64,000 nt of DNA from an uncultured delta proteobacterium (GCA_903904735.1 CAIVDM010000143.1:15272-79271); one strand, 5' to 3'. Positions 1 to 9,883 are shown, counted from the stretch's first letter. The notes: generated by a model from the letters alone, not told the origin. Made by a program: numbers and translations.

Positions 1-3000
1 TCGGGTCTTGATGGAGGGGCTCTTAAAGGAGCTGCCATTCGAATAAAGCCATGTGTAGTACACAGTGTACGGTCCAGGGGCGGGTTTGAACACAGCTGTG
101 CCGTTCGGGGTGGTTTTACAGCGCGCGCGAGCCCCGCGTCTCCTGAGACATATCGCGACCTTTCGAGATCCTTCTGAGGCGCCACTAGTGAGCGGGACGA
201 GCACTTTGAGATAGCGAGGGCGTTTTCGTACGATTCTCGGCTTCGTGGTTGGTCTGGCGAAACTTCCCGAGACGTTGCCGCAATCAATGAGGCCATCTTG
301 GTTGGCGTCAGCCTCGGGGTTGGAGCAGCCGCAGATGCCCGGCTCGCGCTTGAGGGGATCCTGTGGGCAAAGGTCCGCGCAGGTCGGTATGCTGTCCCCA
401 TCGGGATCCGACTCGTCGAGAGAGCAGCCGCAAATCGGATGGGGGCGCAATCGACGTGTGAGAGGACATTGGTCCTGGCAATCATCGATCAGATCGTGAT
501 CAGAATGAAGCGCGCATGCCTCGAAGATCTTGCTTCCTACCGAGCATAGTTCGACGGAAGAAGCGCTCGCGTGCCGGTGCGGGCTGGCTCGCTCAACAGG
601 CCAGGCCTCGGCCGAGTTGGAGCATCCACCCGTGCGAAACGCTACTATCTCTCCATTAGTGGGATGGACGATCTCGTTCTCCCGGTCCCCGTCAATGTCA
701 CCTATGGCGAGAGGAAAGAGGTATCCCGAAGAGTTTGGCACAAGGATTGGAAATCCGTGCTCGACTTTCAGCGAATCATTGATGGCGACCAAGGCGAGTA
801 GTCCTACTCTCGGGTCGAGGGCGGTGTCTTTTGACGAAAATGAGTGCGGGTAGAATCGCGAAACGAAGAGCAATTCAGACGCGGCATCCGAGTCAATATT
901 CGCGGCGACTAGGGTACCGTATCCTGAAAGTCGATAGTCAGGGGGCTTTCTCACAGAGGCTTGTCCCTGGGTATAGAAGACTACTTGAGTGTCAATGTCC
1001 GATTGGAAAGCTATCTCTGATGAGCCGTTGTTATCCAGATCCGCGGCTATGAGACTCGCCGCGAAAGCGATGTCGCCAAGGATCAGATTCGGCACATGAA
1101 CCGTCCAGCCGGGAAGTGGGCTACCAGTGATGTCACGGATAACGACCGACACTCGACCGGTTACATTACTTCTGTCGTAGGTGGCGAACTCCTTGACCCC
1201 GTCGCCGTCCACGTCGGTAATAATAGGACCCGTAGGTATGAGGGAAGTTACAGCGGTAGAGCTCAGAATTGTTCCTGTGGAATCTTGCACGAGGACGATG
1301 CTTTTCTCTTCGCCCGTTCGAACCCACTGAGACCAGTTTGTTAAGGTGGAGACGATCTCCTTGTCACCGTCGTTATCGAGGTCTCCCACGGCGAGTCCAC
1401 CAAACATTCGATAGTTCTCTGGTATGGCGGAGATGTCAGGAGGTGTCCACGCGAGACAGGGACTAGCGTTGAATGTCAGACACTCAAATGGGCTTAGGAG
1501 AACCTCAGCGGCGTTATCGCCGTCGATGTCCATGACTGAGAGAAAATCCCCCACATAGCGCCGCATACTGGAAGGATTCGCGTCAAACCGTGATGGCCAA
1601 CCGGGCAGAGGGGTGCCATCAGCGGCAAACGCGTAAATCGCCCCGCGTACTTGCGTGCTCGAAAGATAGTCATAACCTTGAACGACGATCTCAAGAGCGC
1701 CGTCCCCATTGAGGTCTCCTACGCTTGGTGGGGTGAGGAGCGAATGATCGGTGGCTTTGGGCCAGCCGGGAAGCGGCGCGCCATTTCGATCCACGACATG
1801 GAGATGGCGAGAGAGGGAGTAGATCGTCTCTGGAATGCCGTCGCCGTTGATGTCAGCGAGCAGTGGCTGCTGTCCAATATCCTCACACGGAGCATCCTGG
1901 TCACAGCGAAGCGCCGGGGCGTAATCACGGAGCATCATAGGATCGAGGTAGAATTCCTTTGATATGGACTCGCTCGCTCGCTGCTCGTAATTGGCGGTGA
2001 GTCGCAACGTATATACCCCCCGACGCTGAACAGGGATCTTAGCGATGTTAACTGAAGCTAGTACGCCTTGGCTGATTGGACCGAGCGCGTTAGGAGTGAT
2101 AGTCACGGCCTCTGGAGCGCAGCCCGATTCGTCGGCGAAATCCCAACACAGCGTAAGCCCAAAGTCTCGTAGGCCTCTCCCATTTACACGACCAAGTACA
2201 TCAATGATGTCAGAGCTTCCATGTACGACACGCTGGCCCCGCGACGCTTCACGAGGGCTGGAGGGCGCGGAAATGGCCAGGTGACTTATGGTAATACCCG
2301 AATGCGTCTGAGCTTCATGCCTGTCCGCGAGGACCACGAGTTTGAGAGTATAGTCGCCACTCGGCAACGCGCCGATGTCGAGGGAAAGAAACTGGGTGTC
2401 TCGGACGGGCGAGGTCCCCGTCGCGATGGTTTGCTCGGTGCCGTCAGGCGCGATGAGGGAGAGTCGATACTCCTCAAAGTCTGAGCCATCCGCGGAGCCG
2501 ATGATAGGAACCGAGTCGTCATACACCGTGCCGCCTGTTACGAGCGCCGCTACCGGAGGTAGTTTTCCGGACAGGGCGTACTCTACCGCCGGAAGTGCCG
2601 CTACCACGCCAGCTCCTTGTTCATAACCTGATAGAATCGCCCCGATGGCGTCTCGCAACGGTTTGGCGGTCGCCTTTAGGAGAGTCTTTACTTCAGTTGG
2701 GGAAATTGAGGGGCGGGCTTGCTTAAGCAGCGCCGCGACACCTGATATGTGCGGAGTTGCCATCGATGTGCCGCTCAGCGCCGTATGAGTGTCATCTCCG
2801 CAGGTAGGTCTCGAGACGCCACTGCGCAAGGCCGCGCAGATGGAGACGCCGGGCGCCACCAGATCAGGCTTTGATATTATAGTGTTGCCACTTCGCACCG
2901 GTCCGCGTGAGCTAAAATCCGCCACGGTGCCGTTAAGGAGACTTGCGCCGACGGTAATGGCTTGACGAGCAGCGCCGGGAGAGCCAATCGTCGCCGCTTC

Positions 3001-4047
3001 TGGCCCAGAGTTTCCAGACGCCGCGACGACTATAATGCCCGCTGCCACCGCATTGTCGGTGGCGATAGAGTCGGCGGTGTCGGCGTTTCCAAAGGAGGAT
3101 CCGAGACTCAAATTTATGACGTCAAGATGATCCGAGAAGTCACCATCGTCGTTTGGATCCGTTGCCCACTCGAGCGCTCGAATGACGTTGGCGGAGCTTC
3201 CTGAGCCCCACGCGTCGAGTACCCTTAAGGCATAAAGGGATACGTCTGGAGCTACTCCCTTTACAGTGCCGTTGGCGCCGATGATGCTCGCCACATGGGT
3301 TCCATGCAGATTCTCATCAGTTGGATCTTGGTCGTTGCCGACCCAATCATAGCCACCCCTGACTCGCGGGCAGGAGCCGGCTAAGAATCGAGTTTTGTCA
3401 CAGGCGCCGAAATCCGGGTGCGTGTAGTCGATCCCGGTGTCGATTACTCCGACTTGAACGCCACGGCCCGTAATCGGATTTCCCTCTGAATCTCTCGACT
3501 CGGACCAGACCTGCGAGGCGCCGATGGATGGGACACTTGCGGCTAGTGAAGTCGTGATAGGAACTGCGAGTTCGACTTTGTATCCAAGGCTCCTCAACCT
3601 ACTGAGGGTGCCGGAAGGCGCGCCCTCGATGACAGTCGCGTTAATAATATTTTTGAGGTGAGATAGGCGAGCGTCTTTGATCCGCCCGCGAAGATTTGTG
3701 TCACGCTCTGACACGCTCACAAATCGACGGTGTTCCTCATTGACGCGGGCGCGGAGTGATGTCGCCCTCTGATGAATGGCGTTCGCCTTGGTGCGCTCAC
3801 CACGCTCCGATAGCTTTGTGATTGCTAGTCCACCGACGTTGGACGAGGCATCTTCAAGGATGGCAGGTTCCGTGTGCCGAACGATAATTGTCTCCGTCGC
3901 TTCTCTTTCGCGATTCGAGCTGAGGGTCGACTGGGCGATACGAGATGAATCGGTAAGAGGAGGGCGCTCGTCACTTTGCGCGAACGCCGTCGACGCGCAT
4001 AGTAGTAAGACAACAGGAGAGATGCGTCGAATTAAGGCAGCAAGCAT
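1..4047 (-). CDS. Secreted subtilisin-like serine protease (peptidase S8) with FG-GAP/VCBS-like repeats and a Cys-rich TSP3-like C-terminal region. The 3' end is partial and runs off the window start.
   Basis: Absent from the ORF track because there is no stop inside the window. Manual reverse-strand translation from the ATG at 4047 gives MLAALIRRISPVVLLLCASTAFAQS (signal peptide). S8 triad blocks follow: VGVIDTGID, HGTHVASII, SGTSMATPHISG. Downstream are repeated units PSVGDLNGDGALEIVV, DIDGDNAAEVLLS, DLDNDGDKE, DVDGDGVKE, DIDGDRENE. Then come Cys-rich DxDxDG-type units (DDCQDQCP, DESDPDGDSIPTCADLCPQDP). The frame is still open at nt 1 (..YYTWLYSNGSSFKSPSIKTR). Confidence 0.85.
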   Translation of the reverse strand, partial: MLAALIRRISPVVLLLCASTAFAQSDERPPLTDSSRIAQSTLSSNREREATETIIVRHTEPAILEDASSNVGGLAITKLSERGERTKANAIHQRATSLRARVNEEHRRFVSVSERDTNLRGRIKDARLSHLKNIINATVIEGAPSGTLSRLRSLGYKVELAVPITTSLAASVPSIGASQVWSESRDSEGNPITGRGVQVGVIDTGIDYTHPDFGACDKTRFLAGSCPRVRGGYDWVGNDQDPTDENLHGTHVASIIGANGTVKGVAPDVSLYALRVLDAWGSGSSANVIRALEWATDPNDDGDFSDHLDVINLSLGSSFGNADTADSIATDNAVAAGIIVVAASGNSGPEAATIGSPGAARQAITVGASLLNGTVADFSSRGPVRSGNTIISKPDLVAPGVSICAALRSGVSRPTCGDDTHTALSGTSMATPHISGVAALLKQARPSISPTEVKTLLKATAKPLRDAIGAILSGYEQGAGVVAALPAVEYALSGKLPPVAALVTGGTVYDDSVPIIGSADGSDFEEYRLSLIAPDGTEQTIATGTSPVRDTQFLSLDIGALPSGDYTLKLVVLADRHEAQTHSGITISHLAISAPSSPREASRGQRVVHGSSDIIDVLGRVNGRGLRDFGLTLCWDFADESGCAPEAVTITPNALGPISQGVLASVNIAKIPVQRRGVYTLRLTANYEQRASESISKEFYLDPMMLRDYAPALRCDQDAPCEDIGQQPLLADINGDGIPETIYSLSRHLHVVDRNGAPLPGWPKATDHSLLTPPSVGDLNGDGALEIVVQGYDYLSSTQVRGAIYAFAADGTPLPGWPSRFDANPSSMRRYVGDFLSVMDIDGDNAAEVLLSPFECLTFNASPCLAWTPPDISAIPENYRMFGGLAVGDLDNDGDKEIVSTLTNWSQWVRTGEEKSIVLVQDSTGTILSSTAVTSLIPTGPIITDVDGDGVKEFATYDRSNVTGRVSVVIRDITGSPLPGWTVHVPNLILGDIAFAASLIAADLDNNGSSEIAFQSDIDTQVVFYTQGQASVRKPPDYRLSGYGTLVAANIDSDAASELLFVSRFYPHSFSSKDTALDPRVGLLALVAINDSLKVEHGFPILVPNSSGYLFPLAIGDIDGDRENEIVHPTNGEIVAFRTGGCSNSAEAWPVERASPHRHASASSVELCSVGSKIFEACALHSDHDLIDDCQDQCPLTRRLRPHPICGCSLDESDPDGDSIPTCADLCPQDPLKREPGICGCSNPEADANQDGLIDCGNVSGSFARPTTKPRIVRKRPRYLKVLVPLTSGASEGSRKVAICLRRRGARARCKTTPNGTAVFKPAPGPYTVYYTWLYSNGSSFKSPSIKTR

Positions 4048-4381
4048 ACTCAAAATGGAGGACCCCTAGTTCGATCTGACGGTAGCAACGTCTCAATAAC
4101 AAAGGAACAGCCAACTGAGGGGAGCTGGCACTATTTGGTTGTTTGGATTGATGACCTAGGGAACTTGCGCGCGCGGACTATTCGCTATTGAGCATGGGAG
4201 GAAATCATGGAGGTGGCGAAAAGAGATTGGGTTCGAGAGCGAAAAAATATGCAGGCGAGTTGGCTGCTTGTATTCTCAATGTAAACAAGTGGTTAGCGTT
4301 TGTTAATATTTAACCTGAGAGGATGCTCCTGGCGCGCTTTTGGTATACAATCCGACGACTCACCTTCAGGAGTTTGTTGTA

Positions 4382-5368
4382 ATGGACATAGTACTTGGTC
4401 CCCTGGCGCATCGCCTCGGGTCTCGTGAGCTGTCAGCCGCTGACCTAGAATTAATCTTTGCCCGAGAGCCTGGCACTGTGCAGTCGCTTTGTGGTGTGAC
4501 AAAGCTGCATCGTATCGCTGACGGAGAGGATCTCGTGTCGCTCGCCGCCCAGGCAAGTCTCGATGTGCTGGAGCAAGCAGGGCTGCCTCTTAAGGCGCTA
4601 AGTGGGATCTTTTCTTCTTGCAACCCGACCACTGAGTTCCTGATGCCCACCCTGGCGCCCCTCGTGGCGGCGAAGATAGGGGTTACACATCTGCAGGCAT
4701 GTCAGATCGGAATGGGCTGTGCTGGTGGCGTTCAAGCTCTACAGGCTGCTTACAATCAGTTGGTAGTGGACTCTTTGCGCGGCAAGACCAGTTATTATCT
4801 CGTAGTCGCGGGCGACCACATTAGCCGGATGCTGAATCACGACCTGTGGAAGACAGCCATCTTATTTAGTGATGGAGTTTCGGCGGCGCTTGTTTCAAAT
4901 GATCCGCGAGTCTCGACAGGCTATGTGATAGAGAGCGCTGCCTCAGAAACCTATGCCGGCGAGAGCGTGTGCGTCATTAACTTGCCAAACGTGCTCGCGA
5001 AGCCAGAGGGCGCTCCCCGGTCCGAGTATATGCTTCATATGCAGGGAAGAGGTGTTTTCGAGTTCGGAACTCGCATCGCGCCGCGTGTACGAGCGCTCGC
5101 TGGGATAGAGGACTTTTCGGACGTTTATATTATTCCGCACCAAGCCAATATCCGTATGCTCAACGAGCTTGTACCGGCGTTTGAGATACGACCGGACCAG
5201 CTTTACACAGATGGTATAACCAAGATCGGTAATATCTCAGGAGCCGCCTGTTTTATCGGGCTAGAAGACATGATCAAGCGCAACCTGAACGGCGACGCCA
5301 AGACGGTGCTTTTATCCGCCTTTGGCGCCGAACTTCAGGTTGCTGTCGCTGTGCTCCGTAAGCGTTAG
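4382..5368 (+). CDS. FabH-like 3-oxoacyl-ACP synthase III family condensing enzyme
   Basis: Cys-His-Asn triad context: GMGCAGGVQAL (Cys), IIPHQANIRML (His), GNISGAACFIGL (Asn). AGGAG lies 8 nt upstream of the ATG at 4382; the track ORF starts earlier, at 4340. Confidence 0.8.
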   Translation: MDIVLGPLAHRLGSRELSAADLELIFAREPGTVQSLCGVTKLHRIADGEDLVSLAAQASLDVLEQAGLPLKALSGIFSSCNPTTEFLMPTLAPLVAAKIGVTHLQACQIGMGCAGGVQALQAAYNQLVVDSLRGKTSYYLVVAGDHISRMLNHDLWKTAILFSDGVSAALVSNDPRVSTGYVIESAASETYAGESVCVINLPNVLAKPEGAPRSEYMLHMQGRGVFEFGTRIAPRVRALAGIEDFSDVYIIPHQANIRMLNELVPAFEIRPDQLYTDGITKIGNISGAACFIGLEDMIKRNLNGDAKTVLLSAFGAELQVAVAVLRKR

Positions 5369-5733
5369 CGCTTAACGCAACCAAGCCCACCGGGAAGACG
5401 CATATCTTTGCATCCGCGGCGACGCTCCTCTGGTGAGCACTTTTGCTCGCTCGGTCGGAATCCTGCAGGGCAGGTTTCGCGACCGTATTGTGACGAGGGA
5501 CGCCCGTACCCTTGCTGCTGTTCAAGCACTGACGCTTGAGCCTCAGCCAAATCAGCGCCCTTCTTTGAGAGGTCAAGACAGCAAACGCCGCGCGACTCGC
5601 TCACGAAGCTGCAATCTTTCTTGCCGAGTCCCAGGTCCTGACATGAATAAGGGCAGGGGCGACAGTTGGGAATCGCGAATGCGCTGGACGCGAATACGGT
5701 AAGTGAAAATAGTACTGCTACGAGGGCTTTCAT
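5365..5733 (-). CDS. Small secreted cysteine-rich protein (hypothetical)
   Basis: Classic signal peptide MKALVAVLFSLTVFASSAFA. The mature part has about 12 Cys. GGAG lies 7 nt upstream of the ATG. Confidence 0.65.
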   Translation of the reverse strand: MKALVAVLFSLTVFASSAFAIPNCRPCPYSCQDLGLGKKDCSFVSESRGVCCLDLSKKGADLAEAQASVLEQQQGYGRPSSQYGRETCPAGFRPSEQKCSPEERRRGCKDMRLPGGLGCVKR

Positions 5734-5937
5734 AAAAACTCCAAGAAAGGGGTTTAAGACACGTATAATACGGCGATGTGTAGTTGATTTTGTCCAAGTT
5801 CGAAAGGGTTAATCTACGCCTATCGTCAGCGAACATGAGAGGCGAGGGGTTAGGGCTCTTGTAGATGCCGCCGTCGATCGGTACTCTCCTGTCGAGGATT
5901 TCGCAATCAAGCAAGACGATAGACGAAGGCTCTTTCC

Positions 5938-6657
5938 ATGACTCAGTACGACCAGTTCGCGCCTTTTTATGACCACGTCGTGGGCCCTCGTGACTCGATT
6001 GGCAAGTTGCTGCAGCGACTCGTGAAGCGCTATAACCCACGCGCGAAAACCTTGTTGGAACTCGGATGCGGCTCGGGGAGCATGCTGGCGATTTTATCCA
6101 GGCGTTACAAAAGCGTTGGGATCGACAATTCAAAAGGAATGCTTAAAATCGCGCGCAAGAAGGCGCCCAAGGCGAAGCTTCTCCATGGCGATATCACGTC
6201 CCTTGATCTCGCTGATCGATTCGACGCGATCGTGTGCCCATTTGACACGATCAATCACGTTACCAGTTTCGCCAAATGGAGGAAGGTGTTCGAGACGGCG
6301 CATCGACATCTCAACTCAGGTGGCGTGTTTATCTTCGATGTGAACACAGAGCATAAGATGGAGGAATATCGCACCGATCCAATCACGGCCGATGTTGAGA
6401 ATGACGTCGTTTCGATGGTTCAGATAAAGCGACGACGACGGTTTCACTATGACGTTATCTTGAAGATTTTTCGACGCCGCGCTGGCAGCGATTTTACTCT
6501 CAATGAGATGGTCCTTCCAGAGTTGGTGGTGCCAACGCCAATTATTTTGCGCGAGCTCGCGAAGTACTTTCGCAAGGTGACCCTCGTGGATCCAGACCGC
6601 AGACGTCCGTCGCCCTATACAGAGGAGCTTTTTTTTGTGTGTCGAGATCCTCGATAG
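5938..6657 (+). CDS. Class I SAM-dependent methyltransferase
   Basis: Motif I LLELGCGSGS. Typical length of 239 aa. Confidence 0.8.
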   Translation: MTQYDQFAPFYDHVVGPRDSIGKLLQRLVKRYNPRAKTLLELGCGSGSMLAILSRRYKSVGIDNSKGMLKIARKKAPKAKLLHGDITSLDLADRFDAIVCPFDTINHVTSFAKWRKVFETAHRHLNSGGVFIFDVNTEHKMEEYRTDPITADVENDVVSMVQIKRRRRFHYDVILKIFRRRAGSDFTLNEMVLPELVVPTPIILRELAKYFRKVTLVDPDRRRPSPYTEELFFVCRDPR

Positions 6658-6705
6658 CCGCAGAGCGAAGTGGATTATGAGCGCGATTGTCGGGTTCACT
6701 TAGAT

Positions 6706-6730
6706 AAAAAAGCCCCTCGTTAGAGGGGGC
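6706..6730 (-). terminator. Putative intrinsic terminator downstream of the 6758..7045 gene
   Basis: On the minus strand the stem is GCCCCCTC/GAGGGGC with a TAAC loop, followed by TTTTTT. Confidence 0.5.
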
Positions 6731-6757
6731 GTGTGATTGGCTTGCTGTAGATAAATT

Positions 6758-7045
6758 TTAATGAAGACTATCGCAGTTTGGGCCTTGGGCATGGGCGAGC
6801 GTTATAGACTGAGCGCGAGCTATTAGCTGCGCGTTTAGCTCCTCGAGACCTCGCTGTCGATTAACCCGCACAAGACGTAATAGGGGGTCGAGTACCGCCA
6901 AATTGCGTCTCCCTTGAAGAGTCTCGACGATCGCGAGGGCGGCGTCATAGAAATGTGAGGCACTTTCATAATCAAGGCGCGACACAGCGCTGTCACCTCG
7001 GATTATAAATCCCTCGACCATGTTGGTGGCGTGCTTAAGGTTCAT
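6758..7045 (-). CDS. Hypothetical protein (95 aa)
   Basis: ORF only, last gene of a same-strand string. No recognisable motif. Confidence 0.4.
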   Translation of the reverse strand: MNLKHATNMVEGFIIRGDSAVSRLDYESASHFYDAALAIVETLQGRRNLAVLDPLLRLVRVNRQRGLEELNAQLIARAQSITLAHAQGPNCDSLH

Positions 7046-7293
7046 AGTCCTGCTCTACTGCTCTTGTATGGGAAGCTCAGTTCCAGACTCTCCGCAAACG
7101 TTTCGAATGTACGCGGCTCCGAAAATAGCCTCCCTTAAGTTGTTTCAGCTCCTTAGCGCGCAAATCCAGAGTCTTTTACTTTAGGCGTATGTGCGCATTG
7201 ACCTATATTGGGAACCAGCAAGTGGTGTGCCATGAAAGGCACAAGGAATATTTCGTAAGCAAAACCACTACAGTGGTGCTACGGGATCACGCG

Positions 7294-8049
7294 TCACAAG
7301 CCCGAAGACACTTCGGCGAGCGCGACCTCAATTTCGGATTCAATAAACTCCTGACGCACGAAATCGCCACCAAATAGGTACAGCTCTGGTTCTAGGCGTC
7401 GTGTCACCTCAACCTTTCCTTTTTTGACGTTTACCGCCGCGCCTGAATGATCAAACTTTTTGACCGTGAAGAGGAACCGAAGGACTAGGGTTCGGTCCTC
7501 CTCAAAGTTCGCGGAGAGATTTAACTCTTCGACTAGAGAGAATCGACGCGAATCAGGGGCTTTAAGCTTAGCAGTTGTTTGCTTGTCTTTGTGAGACTCT
7601 CCCTTATTGATGAAATTGAACACCGTTGTCATCGTGTCGAATATGTGGCGAACGTGAGCGTGGGGATGAACGGTAAGAAGTAGCTGCCCAAGGCCTGCTT
7701 CAGCGCTTGGGTCCCCGTACTGAAGATATAAACTCACGTTCTTGTCGGTAATCGGCGCATTAGAGCTCAGGGTAAAGACTTGCTGGAATGTGATCTGCGC
7801 CGCGGGGGCTAGGTCTATCTCGTTACCGAGATTGATTCTCTCCATTAGCGAAAAAGCGCCGCTCTCCTTGGCTTTGAACTTCTTTAGATTGCCGAGGGAG
7901 AGATCGAGAATGATTTGATTGAGCGGTACAGGTGTTTGCGAGTGATTTTTAACGGTAAGAGAGCAGGGCACCAGGGCACCTTGAACAAAGAAGTCCCCCT
8001 GAACTTCAAGCCGATACTCTAGCGGGTGTTGAATGAGAATTGCGCGCAT
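7294..8049 (-). CDS. Hypothetical protein, possibly arrestin/Spo0M-like beta-sandwich
   Basis: 251-aa ORF. The N-terminal pattern LEVQGDFFVQGALVPCSLTVKNHSQTPVPLNQIILDLSLG resembles arrestin-N/Spo0M-type domains. This is pattern memory only. Confidence 0.55.
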   Translation of the reverse strand: MRAILIQHPLEYRLEVQGDFFVQGALVPCSLTVKNHSQTPVPLNQIILDLSLGNLKKFKAKESGAFSLMERINLGNEIDLAPAAQITFQQVFTLSSNAPITDKNVSLYLQYGDPSAEAGLGQLLLTVHPHAHVRHIFDTMTTVFNFINKGESHKDKQTTAKLKAPDSRRFSLVEELNLSANFEEDRTLVLRFLFTVKKFDHSGAAVNVKKGKVEVTRRLEPELYLFGGDFVRQEFIESEIEVALAEVSSGL

Positions 8050-8100
8050 GAGCAGTGTATAGCTCAGACTAGGGCTCGGGAAAAGAAGGGGCCGGGTATT

Positions 8101-8397
8101 CTATTGCCCGGACCCCTCGGCCTGCGAGCGCTCCTGCGCTCTTCGCGCCGCTCGAATTATCTGTGATGGGCTGCGTGTATTGCCCAGAGACCCGACAGAA
8201 TCGTTTTCTGGCGCTCTGGAGGGAGGCTCTGTCGCGATGAACCAAATCACGGAGCCGACCGCAAGACACGCCATGATTGAGAGGCCCACCACCACAGGAA
8301 GCGAGATGAGATTTCCTGGCGTGGCAGGCTCAACAATTTGGCTCTTAGCTGTAGCAGCTCGTTTTGATTCAGTGCGGGGGCTGTCCTCGGTTGCCAT
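8101..8397 (-). CDS. Hypothetical single-pass membrane protein (98 aa)
   Basis: Hydrophobic segment LISLPVVVGLSIMACLAVGSVIWFI. Starts 9 nt after the stop of the upstream gene. Confidence 0.45.
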   Translation of the reverse strand: MATEDSPRTESKRAATAKSQIVEPATPGNLISLPVVVGLSIMACLAVGSVIWFIATEPPSRAPENDSVGSLGNTRSPSQIIRAARRAQERSQAEGSGQ

Positions 8398-8406
8398 GAG
8401 AGATCG

Positions 8407-9000
8407 TTATGAAAGGGGTCTTGGAGACTCTGTGAAGATCGGGGTCGGAGTGCTGGTGGGGTTTGCGGTATTTGTCGGAGTGGCGCTCGGTTCGGGAACT
8501 GGCGTTGCCGTGAGCTCCGGGGCTTGGTAGTCAGCCCCACCGCGTGGGCCTTCTGCTATCGCCGCAGGCACCGGTTTGTCTTGCGCTGGCGTCTGGCTGT
8601 GTGCCAACGCCATGGGCTTTTCGGGGCTCTTGACTGCTGACCCATCCGCGACTCCCTGCGACTGTTTAGATTCAGGGGTTGGCGTAAATTTAAAGCCCAC
8701 ATTGTTAACGAACCAGACTGAGAGCATTGTAAGGCCTCCCAGGGCAAGTAGGGCGGGGGCCAAGGTGAGTACCAGGCTCTGAGGTGACGTCTCCGCCCCC
8801 CGCGCTTCGCGTTGCTGCCCCCTGCTTTCATCGCGAGTTGTCGCAAGTTGCTCTTCGACCCACTCGTCGGATCCCTCAAACTCGAGCTTCTCCTGGTGAT
8901 CGGCGAAACATGAGGCGCAAAGCGCCTTGCCGGGAATAGCTTCATTGGGACAACGGAGGCATTGCATATGATTGGTATATCGCAGCAGTCCCATCCTCAA
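8407..9000 (-). CDS. Hypothetical zinc-ribbon membrane protein with a Pro/Thr-rich C-terminal region
   Basis: CLRCPNEAIPGKALCASC (4-Cys ribbon), TM segment LVLTLAPALLALGGLTMLSVWFV, PT-rich tail. Start uncertain: TTG at 9000 or ATG at 8994. Confidence 0.55.
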   Translation of the reverse strand: MRMGLLRYTNHMQCLRCPNEAIPGKALCASCFADHQEKLEFEGSDEWVEEQLATTRDESRGQQREARGAETSPQSLVLTLAPALLALGGLTMLSVWFVNNVGFKFTPTPESKQSQGVADGSAVKSPEKPMALAHSQTPAQDKPVPAAIAEGPRGGADYQAPELTATPVPEPSATPTNTANPTSTPTPIFTESPRPLS

Positions 9001-9118
9001 AAGAGGGCAACTGCCACCGGGGTGCGACCAATAGACTATCCCCGAGCGTCCCGGCCCAGTACGTTAGTTTATGAGAACTAGAAAACTAATAAGCAAAGAA
9101 GGGCGCCTACGGGGAGGT

Positions 9119-9787
9119 TTACTTGTCCGGATGGCACTCCGCCGGCTCGATCGGCGAGCATGCGCTGAAGCACGCCCGTACTTGCAGGCGGTAGCCCTTC
9201 GCCGCGCTATCGTTACGCGCCATGCCTTCCCAAAGCTGGTCTGTGAGGTCTTTCTGCAAAGCGCGACTCTGATCTTTCCTAGCTTGGTCCAGCGACACTT
9301 GAAGCGATCGCGTCGCGCTTGATGTCTGATGCCACGATTCAAAACTCCTGGCGACCTCGGCGACGCGGTATGCGCACTGCAGGTCATACTTTGGGTGCGT
9401 GTGGGCTTTGAAGCGCACGGAATCCAGCTCGGCGATGGCCAGGCTCGGAGACCAGTTGTCGAGAGCGCTATTGATCAGGCGCGCGCTAAACGACGCTATA
9501 GTGTCAGAGCTCGGCGGTACTTTTGCGGCCGCTGGCTTTAGTTTCAACACGCCGTGACAATCGGCGAAACTACTCGTGATTCCAATCAAAAGAAACTTAG
9601 CGCCCGTATAATCCCCCTGCTTTAGCAAGGTTCCGAGATTTAGCAAGGACGCTGCTCGTCTGACCTCGCAGGTTTTTGGAGAGGCCCTCTTGGTTGGGGA
9701 TTCATCAGCGCTCGCAGGTTGACTGCCAGCCCATCCAGAGGTTGTAATTACGGCAATCGCCGCTATAAAACGCCAGTTTGGCCCCAT
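9119..9787 (-). CDS. Hypothetical secreted protein (222 aa)
   Basis: N-terminal signal-like sequence MGPNWRFIAAIAVITTSGWAGSQPASA. No known motif. Confidence 0.5.
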   Translation of the reverse strand: MGPNWRFIAAIAVITTSGWAGSQPASADESPTKRASPKTCEVRRAASLLNLGTLLKQGDYTGAKFLLIGITSSFADCHGVLKLKPAAAKVPPSSDTIASFSARLINSALDNWSPSLAIAELDSVRFKAHTHPKYDLQCAYRVAEVARSFESWHQTSSATRSLQVSLDQARKDQSRALQKDLTDQLWEGMARNDSAAKGYRLQVRACFSACSPIEPAECHPDK

Positions 9788-9883
9788 AGTATCCCCGCGC
9801 TAAGTATGTCGGCCGTGTCAGCCCAGTACTTTATCGGAATATGCTCTGTATAAAGGGCGAGTTAACCGGCAGATCTTTGAGCG

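Noticed and set aside
4126-4141. TGGCAC...TTGG sequence resembling a sigma-54 -24/-12 promoter upstream of the FabH-like gene
   Set aside because: The spacing and -12 element do not fit the GG-N10-GC rule. The sequence has TTGG two positions early and no GC dinucleotide at -12.
5573-6133. 186-aa minus-strand ORF spanning the Cys-rich gene upstream region and the methyltransferase 5' end
   Set aside because: It conflicts with two better-supported genes: a signal-peptide ORF with an RBS, and a methyltransferase with motif I.
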